From Octopus vulgaris (lineage: Eukaryota): a DNA stretch of 64,000 nucleotides. The stretch is taken from contig OX597830.1 in the NCBI GenBank assembly GCA_951406725.2, forward strand, positions 15,190,001 through 15,254,000, in the 5' to 3' direction. Of this stretch, positions 54,521 to 64,000 are shown piece after piece (the first letter of the stretch is position 1; every line of letters starts with the position of its first letter). The notes under the pieces were generated by a model, which worked only from the letters and a program-made list of their open reading frames with translations, was not told the DNA's origin and did no database searches. A program made the position numbers and the translations under genes.

Positions 54521-55429
54521 AAGTCGACTTTGTCTTTCATCCTTTGGGGTCGATAAAACAAGTACCTACTAAACATTACAATCGACTTATCCTCTTGCCC
54601 GGAAACACTGGCCTTGTGCCAAAATTTGATATCACTATTACTTAAGTCTTGAAAAAAGAAGGGTTAAGAATCTAATTGAATTTCTTATAGATGGTCATTT
54701 ACTTGCTTTAAGCGGTCATTTTTTAAAAATTACTTCTTTTTTCCTTGTTTCAGTTTTTAACTTTGAATATTGTATTATAAGGATGTACTTTAAAAGTTTG
54801 AACTTGTAAAGAAAGACGTTCCTGGTTTTCTTTAATCGCATTTTTATTACGTATTTCTTTATATATTTACATCCTTTTGATAAAACCAGTTTTCTTTTTC
54901 ATTTCTTTTTTCTTTTTTTTGTGCAGTTTCTTAGTTTTGCCTTACGTAGAAATGTTTGTAACTTTTTTTTAATAAATAATATAAAAAGCTACAACGCCAA
55001 TACTATAGCCTTTAAACCCAAACTTTAACTGCTCAAAAGTAACCTGATGATAATATACAAGTGACCGAAGAATAGCTGCGTAACGACAGTATGGTAGCAA
55101 CTGTAAATAGTACAGTAGTAACTATAAAGCAACAGTATTAGTAGTGGGAGGTGGGGTAAAGGTGGTAATACAATGTCCGTGATAGTAGAACAGCAATGTT
55201 TGACGAAATGATATCGGTTAGGGTATAAATAAAACGGTAGATGACTTCTCTTTTGTTTAAATACATTAAGGTGTAATTTGAGAGAGATTTGACTACTATT
55301 TCTAGCAAATTACGAGTGACCACAGAGTAGGACAGGGAATTGTTAATAGCAAATGTGTATCGGTATTAGTGATAAGTGTATGGCCAGTGTTAGTAGCGAG
55401 TGTATGACAATATTTGAAGTAAGGAGAGG

Positions 55430-55900
55430 GCGGTGAGGAGCTGGCAGAATCGTTAGCACGCCGGGCGAAATGCGTAGCCGTATTTCGTCTGCCGTTACGT
55501 TCTGGGTTCAAATTCCGCCGAGGTCGACTTTGCCTTTCGTCCTTTCGGGGTCGATATATTAAGTACCAGTTACGCAATGGGTTCGATGTAATCGACTTAA
55601 TCCGTTTGTCTGTCCTTGTTTGTCCCCTCTATGTTTAACCCCTTGTGGGTAGTAAAGAAATAGATAGTGTCATTATCAACCTCTAAGGCAACGAGCTGAC
55701 AGAAACGTTAGCACGCCGAGCGAAATGCTTAGCAGTATTTCGTCTGTCTTTACGTTCTGAGTTCAAATTCCGCCGAGGTCAACTTTGCCTTTCATCCTTT
55801 CGGGGTTAATAAAATAAGTACTAGTTGAGTACTGGGGTCGATGTAATCGACTCATATCCTCACCCAAGATTGCTAGATTTGTGCCAAAATCTGAAAGCAA
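55430..55900 (+). mobile_element. Two adjacent SINE-B copies (tail 1, then tail 2)
   Basis: 55430-55663 and 55686-55900. Confidence 0.9.
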
Positions 55901-55929
55901 TATAGCACACCAGTAATTGAAATCAGTTT

Positions 55930-56035
55930 AGGTGGTTTTGTTCAATGAACACTCACAATGCCCGGGACTGGGAATCGAAACCGCGTTCTTACGACCGCGA
56001 GTCTGCTGCCCTAACCACTGGGCCATTGCGCCTCC
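55930..56035 (-). mobile_element. SINE family C head fragment
   Basis: GGAGGCGCAATGGCCCAGTGGTTAGGGCAG on the minus strand. Confidence 0.85.
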
Positions 56036-56182
56036 ACTATCAGCTCTTGTTATTTATAAAGGTAGCAGATATCTCCACATGCTACCTTTTATAGGAAGAC
56101 GGACAGGGTCAGTAATAATGAATTATTTTGGTCAAGACTACAGTAAAAACCTAGTGATATGACACATGTTAATACGGTACAA

Positions 56183-56608
56183 GGATCTTTTCGGTTTGAA
56201 CGGCAGTTTTTTCTAGCGGTGTCATATGAAATTGTCACCCATAATTATGACCCTAGAAACGATCTATTGCATTTCAATCTCTTTTAGGGTTAGGGTTAGT
56301 TAGGGTTAGGATTAGGGTTAAGGTTGGGGGTGGTGGAAGGGTATATTTTTTTTCTTCACAAATGTAAATAAACCCAATCTGTTTCTTAAACGAGGGACAT
56401 ATTCATACGATACAGAATGTTTTTTTTTTACCTCAATAGACGTCACTGATTGGTTGAAATTGCAAAAATTGAAGAAACTATAGAATTTTCTCAATAAAGC
56501 CAAGAGAAAAAGATGTTTTATAAACACATTCTACCAGTATACGAAGTTCAAAATTTTTTAGTTACCAAGAAATTATGTTAAAAACTGCCGTTCAAACCGA
56601 AAAGATCC
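56183..56608. mobile_element. Second copy of the Merlin-like MITE with TTAGGG repeats
   Basis: Perfect TIRs; TSD CGGTACAA at 56175-56182 and 56609-56616. Confidence 0.92.
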
Positions 56609-56914
56609 CGGTACAATGACACTTTCGAAACGAAATCATTGTGTCTCTATAACTGCTACGATATGATTCATTACATTAATATACAGTAATCAGTCGTAGT
56701 AATTAAATATAGTCATTTATCACTCTTAATAATACAGTCAGGCAGTAATCTGTTCCTGACAATACAGAGAACTGTGTAATGAAGAAATAATTGTCACGTC
56801 CAGACATAATACTCTGGCGTCTGCAATAAATTTGAACCCAATACTATTCTATTCCTACAGATGATGAAATAACAGTGCGACCGTGTCAAACGTTTTGCAG
56901 TAATAGTGATATCC

Positions 56915-57870
56915 TTTCTGAAGGCCTGAAATTTTGGGGTTGGGAACAAGTCGATTGCATCGACCCCAGAACTCCACTGACACTTACTTTATCGACTCCG
57001 AAAGGATAAAAAAGGCAAAGTCGACTCTTAGGGGAGTTTGAACTCAGAACATAAAGACGGACGAAATGCCTATTTCTTTACTACCCACAAGGGGCTAAAC
57101 ACAGAGGAGACAAACAAGGACAGACACACGGATTAAGTCGATTACATCGACCCCAGTTCGTAACTGGTACTTATTTAATCGACCCCCGAAAGGATGAAAG
57201 GCAAAGTCGACCGCGGTGGAATTTGAACTCAGAACGTAAAAGCAGATGAAATGCCTATTTCTTTACTATCCACAAGGGGACAAACGAATTAAGTCGATTA
57301 TATCGGCCCCAGTATTTCACTGGTACTTATTTAATCGACCCCCGAAAGGATGAAAGGCAATGTCGACCTCGGTGGAATTTGAACTCACAACGTAACGGCA
57401 GACGAAATACCGCTAAGCATTTCGTCCGGCGTACTAACGCTTCTGCCAGCTCGCCGCGGGCAGAAATACCTATTTCCTATTTTTTTACTACCCACAAGAG
57501 GCTAAACACAGAGAGGACAAACAAGGACAGACAAACGGATTAAGTCGATTATATCGACCCCAGTTCGTAACTGGTATTCAATTTATCGACCCCGAAAGGA
57601 TGAAAGGCAAAGTCGACCTCGGCGGAATTTGAACTCAGAACGTAAAGACACGAAATACCTATTTCTTTACTACCCAAAAGGGGCTAAACACAGAAGGGAC
57701 AAACAAGGACAGACAAACAGATTTAAGTCGATTACATCGACCCCAGTGCTCAACTGGTACTTACTTTATCGACCCCGAAATGATGAAAGCCAAAGTCAAC
57801 TCGGAGGAATTTGAACTCAACTGCCTCTTAGCATTTTGCTCTGCGTGCTTACGATTCTTTCAGCTCGACG
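56915..57870 (-). repeat. Tandem array of SINE-B units (five bodies, one internal full head)
   Basis: Junctions GAAAT(G/A)C|CTATTTC at ~57069, 57254, 57469 and 57658. Confidence 0.93.
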
Positions 57871-58874
57871 CTTGGCACAGTGAGTTTGGTAAGGAGGCGT
57901 TAGAACGTCAGACAGAATGGTGCCTGGCTTTATTCGTTCTCATTCTCTACTCTTCGCCTTCAAATCCCGCCGAGGTCAACTTTGTCTTTCATTCTTTTGG
58001 GATGAATAAAATAAAGTACCAGTCCAAGACTGAAGTTGTGTTTTCTCTCTTTGTCTCCACCTCGCTCTCTTCCTCTTCCACCTCGCCCCCTCTCTCTCTC
58101 TCTCTCTCTGGATTATACCTGTAATTCAAAGGCCCCAACATTGATTCATAGGACCACACCTATTCAACCTAAGTATTAGTGTCTAGGGCATTCACGGCCA
58201 CTCACAAGAGTAGGTGTTGAGGTTTTCGAACAACAGTTGATCACCGTCGAGAACGACGGAGAATCCAGCTTAAATCAAAATGGTGTTACTTGCATGCAAG
58301 GAATGAGACATTTGATAATGTAGTCTCAGATACAATGTATCTGAACAGCAGAATACAAAAGGCGAGATGGTCAAGGCTGGAACGCTACATGAGAGTTGCC
58401 CCGGACTTCAACAACAACAACAACAATAGTAACACGATGGTTTTTAACAGAAGTCTAATCTGATTATTGTAGCGAAATATTTATGTATCTGTGGAAACTG
58501 GCTTTATCCTGTGTACAGTGAATATTAAGACTCGTTATCTATTGACTCATACTTAATAACCTATGCTTTATGTTAATTAAGCACAATTTTAAGCAGTGAA
58601 ATCTGTAGAACAGAGGCAAGTATCCGGCAAGCTAAAACACGAGGCTTGTATTTAACTAATGACTGAACCTATTTTAGTTCATTTCTGCCTGTAACACCCT
58701 TAGGAAACACAGAACGTAACAACCAGCCATTTTCCTATTATTTTCACTAAATTAGCAGCGAAGTGGTTGGGCGTTCAGACGAAATATTTACGATATTTAT
58801 TTCTGCTGCTTATGTGCTTAGTTCGATTCTCATTAAGGTCAATTCTCATCTTTCTGGGGTTGATAGATCTATTG

Positions 58875-59516
58875 GCTTCAAATTTTGGCACAAGGCCAGC
58901 AATTTCCGTGTAGGGAATAAGTCGATTGCATCGACCTCAGTGTTCAACAGGTACTTACTTTATCGACTCCGAAAGAATGTAAGGTAAAGTCAACCTTGGC
59001 GGAATTTGAATTCAGAATGAAAAGGCGGGCGAAATAGCGCTAAGAATTGTGCTCGGCAAACTGACGATTCTGCCATCTCGAAGCCTTAGCGATTGATAAG
59101 TATATTGATATCAAATTTTGGCACAGGATCAGCAATTTCCTGGGAGGGTAAGTCGATTACATCGACCCCAGTGCTCGACTGGTACATATTTTATCGATCC
59201 CGAAAGGAAGGAAGGAAGGCAAAGTTGACCTCAGCGGAATTCGAACTCAGTACGTGTAGACGAACGAAATGCCACTAAGCATTTTTCCCGGCAAGCTAAC
59301 GATTCTTTTGTACTCTAGGCACAATGCCCGACATTTTTGGGGCGGAAGCAGTCGATTAGATCGACCCCAGTACACAACTGATACCTAATGTATCGACCCT
59401 GAAAGGATGAAAGGCAAAGTCGACCTCGGTGGAATTTGAACTAAGAACATAAAGACAGACGAAATACTGCTAAGCATTTCGCCCGGCGTGCTAACGTTTC
59501 TGTCAGCTCATTGCCT
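58875..59516 (-). mobile_element. Three clustered SINE-B copies (tail type 2)
   Basis: ~58875-59085, 59110-59305 and 59305-59516. Confidence 0.85.
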
Positions 59517-60675
59517 TAGAGGTTGATAAGGATATAGCCTTGCAGTATGTGTTCTGGTACTTTGAGTTTTAAGTTCAAATACCTCCAGAGCCTACCTGGC
59601 AGCTAGATTAAATCTTCCACCCGGTTAATGTTACCTCCTAATGTCCTGGGTATGACTTCAAACTACATCCGGAAGAGAGGCCCTGGTTCTGAGAATTCCA
59701 GGATTTTGGCGGGTGGGATGAAATCGCCTTTTAACTACTATTGTTCCCAGTTTACTCTGTCAGGGTCCTAGCTATAGGTTAAGTAGCATATTAAGGCTTG
59801 CCTACCTATGCATATGAAGACTGGATCCGACGAACTCTGTGGAAGGAACTGACATGGTTCAACCGAAGGGAAAGTGGTTGCAGCAACGCATTGTGGAGTG
59901 CAGAGGGCAAGATGAAACAAGTCAGGCATGTTGGTCATCCACTGCGTCCGTTTCCATCCTCACTCGCCATGACATGATCTCGCCATTGGATTGAAGATGG
60001 TCAAAGACGAGAGAGTGATGTTGACGATGCATAACGCAGAACGCCGGTTGGTCCTCTTCATTTCGAAGGACGAACGTGTAACTACGATCTGGTCTCTGGG
60101 TGCTTTTAGTGAAGGCCAGTTCTCCGATTCAAGTATAACTTCCTCTCCCCCTCCTACCAGTCTCGGAAACCCAGAATAGAAACATGAGCACTACTCCCGA
60201 TTTTAACTATGCCTTTAAAAGTATCTAATTTGAGGTTAGTCATAAGATACCAATAAAAATCCCTGTGGTGGATATTCGTCACCGAGATCCTGTCTAGAGT
60301 TTAGGATGTGGCCGTTTCACTTGATTTAAACTGTTAAAGCTCATTGAATTGCTATTAACGCCACACAATCTTTGTTATCCTTCGTCTATGTCAGAATTCA
60401 ATAAATACCATTGTTAAATGTGAACAAATGCATGGCTTTCCGGAGAAGTGTATGTGTATCAAATTCTTTAACTACAAACATTTTTCATGATAAATACCAG
60501 AAGACAAACAATAACAGTATAAATTTATCAGTTTAAACAAAGTTCTGTAGTCAGAAAAGCGACCTCACTCTCTCCTGCCATTCCCCATCTCGCCTGCTCC
60601 ATCTACTCCCTCCCCAGATACACTATCTATCTACTACCCCACCTCTATATATATCCCCCTCTCTTTCTTTTTCTT

Positions 60676-60711
<36 letters not shown>

Positions 60712-61056
60712 ACTCACGTTTTTCCCGTTTCGCTGACCAATCTAAAGAGCACTTGAATTGAAAGTGAGGAAACACTTCATTACTCTACAAATCTCCTTGC
60801 TTCAGGATCGCCGATAAACAATGGAAAGTTAATAACAGACTCGGCTAGGTTCGGTGAAGATAAAACTCCACTTAAAATTCTAAACGTAAACATTTGAACA
60901 ACAGACAACAGCAAAACCACTCCTGTACAGGACGTCTATAACACAGCAAATAGCTGGAAAATATATATAGGGAGGGTTACTGCATGGAAACTTAATAGTA
61001 AAATAGATATTAAAATATTTGGTTCGTTAAGTTAGATAATATTAATTAACACATTA

Positions 61057-61272
61057 GGCGGCCAGTTAGTGGAATCGTTAAGCATGCCGGATAAAAATGC
61101 TCAGCGGCATTTCGTCCGTCTTACGCTCTGAGCTTAAACCCCGCCGAAGTCGACTTTGCCTTTCATCTCTTTCGGGGTCGACAAAATAAAGTACCAGTTA
61201 AGCATTGGGGTCGATGTAATCGACTTGCCCCACTCCTAAAACTGCTGGCCCTGTGCCAAAATTTGAAACCAA
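61057..61272 (+). mobile_element. SINE family B (tail type 2)
   Basis: Matches other B copies. Confidence 0.88.
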
Positions 61273-61899
61273 TATTAATTAATACATTTAGTGATTGAGA
61301 TAATCAATATTAGAATGAATTGAAATGAATAAGTTCTCACCTTAAAAAGCGTAAATTTCAGTCGACCAACCAGTGTTTCTTTGAGTTGGACGATTAGTAT
61401 TTCTTCTCAAAAAAACTTTGAAGCCAATATGTTTGGGTTCTCTTCCTTTGCCCCCCTTCCACCACCACCACCACCACCATTTTTTCTTAAGACAATTTAT
61501 TGAAATTGCAATCAATATATTTCTGATATTTTTCTTAGATCAGCACTTAATTGACATACATCAGAACATCTGAAAATACACGAAAAGTTACTAGAGTTTG
61601 GAAGAAAATAGCAAGAAAAACAATCTGTTGGAAATTAGTTGAAGAAACACTACGTCGAGTATAATTCTTATTTGAATAGATTTCCAAGATAAACTGCCAT
61701 TTGTCGTTACTAGTTGACTGGGTCACAATCTCGAGGCATAGATGCTATGGTACAATATCCAAACTTCAAACTGAACAACCCTTATAAATGAAATCTGTTC
61801 GATAATGATTAAACCAATTTTTCCTTTGTTGTTCTCTGAAATCAGGAAACGAGAGAAAAGAGAAATGGACACAACAAATCTGTCTTTGCAAAAAGCTGG

Positions 61900-64000
61900 G
61901 AGCTTTGAAAGAAGGTGACTTGAAGAGATTGTCAACGCTACGAGCTTTATTTTTCATGTACTGGACTAGTCCGACGACTTCTTGGCAGGTATCTACCGCA
62001 ACTGACAGTAGAACAGGAAAATCCCCATTTTCCTATGTCGAGGAGAGGATACGAACAACGGAGACCACATTGGTAGTTTTTGGCCTCTACTCCTGCTGAA
62101 CGCTGGTATGGAGATTTTGGCCAAGGTGTAAGTAAAGATGGCACTTGTTGGGAAACTGATTAGTGATGCAAAGACATGCACTATTCCGAACAGATCTACC
62201 CAGAGCAATGTCCACTTCATGTCAGATACCATAGAAATTGGATGAGGAACTTGGTAGTGAGGTACTTATCTTAGGGCAGTCGAGAGTTTTCGATTGGATT
62301 CACCACCTATCCTTAGTGCCGGTCTTCACAACTGCTGGTTCTGGTCCCGCCTTCAGATGCTGGATTACTGCAATGTACAACGATTTCTGCTCGAGAATTA
62401 GAACGAATGGTTACATATCGAAACCATTCAGCATGAATATTTCGATCCGTCAAGATTGTCATCCCTTATCTCTTCTGTATGTAACGGATTCCTGAACCGC
62501 TACTACAAATGCTAGAGACATTGGGAGGTAACCCTGTTAACTAGGGTGAGGAAGATCTAACTTGACATATGCGGATGGCGATACAGTTGTAGTGTCAGAC
62601 ACCAGGCGCATCCAAGTGATTGGCTCCGTTCTAAGGGAGTTCGAGGAAGTGGCAGAAACCAAAATTAAACATGAAATATCAGTGGATATGCAATGCAGTC
62701 CCAGGTAAGGCAGGTGTCCCAGGTAAGACACGTCGCAGGGTGGCAGATAGACGGGGCAGTATATTTGCTCGATGTCTGATATGGTACGCGTCTCCAAGTG
62801 CTATGTCACATATGGAAAAAAAAAAACTATGAAAAAAAACGCATCTGGCAAACGCCGCAATCCGGTCAGGCGGTAATATATGACGGAGGCGACGTGGGCG
62901 TTCGCCGTCACTGCTCAACCTATTTGTCTACTACCCACAAGAGAGGACAAACAAGGACAGACATAGGTATTAAATCGATTATATCGACCCCAGTGCGTAA
63001 CTGGTACTTAATTTATCGACCCCGAAAGGATGAAAGGCAAAGTCGACCTCGGCGGAATTTGAACTCACAACGTAACGGCAGACGAAATACCGCTAAGAAT
63101 TTCGCCCGACGTGCTAACGGTTCTGCCAGCTCTCCGCCACTGCTCAAACATTTAGAGACAACTTTCTGTTGGTCCATTTCGGCGTGAGACTGGACACCCT
63201 ACACGTCACCTCGATCAGGTCCGATAGGCGTAGTTGAGGTGACGAGTAGGGTATCCAATCGCACACAGAAATGGACCAAAAGAAAGCTGGCTTTAAATGG
63301 TTGAGCAGCGGTGACGAACGCCTACATCGCCTCCATCATATATTACCGCCTGACCGGATTGCAGCGTTTGATTTTCTGCTTCATGTGGAAAAATCCGGCA
63401 CTCCATTTACTGTCAACATCCGAGGCATGCTGTGACTGATGATGCGCAAACATACGCCGAGGTTGCGACATCACCAGTCACTCTTTGACAGGGTATAATC
63501 ACCGTTTGTCAGATGTGGTTTTTTTTGGTTTTTTTGTCATAGTTCGACTCTTTCACAGAACGGCAGTCCTAGATAAAGAAAAGCCCGATTCCAGGCGTTT
63601 GGCATCTGGAATGTCGTTAAGCGCTCAAAATCCTCTACCAGTTGGGCCATGCGGTCACTGGAAGTTCAACGTTAGCGTTTTATAGAGGATTATTGGTGAG
63701 CAACAGTGACGACGTACTCGGGGAAACCCTGGACATCGACGAAAATGAAACCAGCTACTCTGCTTCGGAGGACTTTCGGGTTTGGACCGATAATTAATTT
63801 CCAGAAATCGATTACCAGTGCCACTGTGAAGGAACTCTACAAGCAAAGAAGTACCGTCAGCCGGGCACACGCAGGATGACTCGTTTTGCACGCGCTCGTC
63901 CAGTACCTAAACATTGCTGACTTGTGGACTTATGTCGAACACCAGATGCGTGAGAAGGAGAACCAGTCTTTGCTATTCTGGTGGCCTTAGCGAAAGAGTA
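61900..64000 (+). mobile_element. Decayed Tx1/L1-like LINE ORF2 (RT to zinc knuckle)
   Basis: LLLNAGMEILAKV; PNRSTQSN; QSRVFDWIHH..GSGPAFRCWITAMY..NGYISKPF..IRQDCHPLSLLYV; YADG (cf. YADD); WTKRKLALNG; VLHALVQY..DLWTYVE, homologous to 40079-40540. Confidence 0.88.
62919..63138 (-). mobile_element. SINE family B (tail type 1) with TSD
   Basis: ACTGCTCAA duplicated at 62910-62918 and 63139-63147. Confidence 0.92.

Noticed and set aside
59640-60300. Possible further SINE or LINE remnants
   Set aside because: Repeat-like, but I found no motif or second copy to support a call.

Overview
AT-rich eukaryotic non-coding DNA (intron or intergenic) packed with microsatellites and transposon remnants. 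The SINE families and repeat style suggest an octopus or other coleoid cephalopod; this is recognition from memory, not a search result. I can support no intact host gene, and nearly all listed ORFs are translations of microsatellites or SINEs. Contents: more than 40 copies of several tRNA-derived SINE families (my labels A-E); decayed non-LTR retrotransposons (R4/Dong-like, RTE-like, Tx1/L1-like); non-autonomous Helitrons; Merlin-like, hAT-like and mariner-like MITEs; a maT/DD37D transposase relic; Penelope-like ends with hammerhead-like motifs; and one decayed 5S rRNA copy. The best candidate for an undescribed system is a (TATC)n-targeting Tx1-like LINE whose 3' end is shared by SINE-B. SINE-B appears to insert into one fixed internal site of its own copies, building ~184-bp headless tandem arrays with the same junction at two separate loci. 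Boundaries of decayed elements are approximate.
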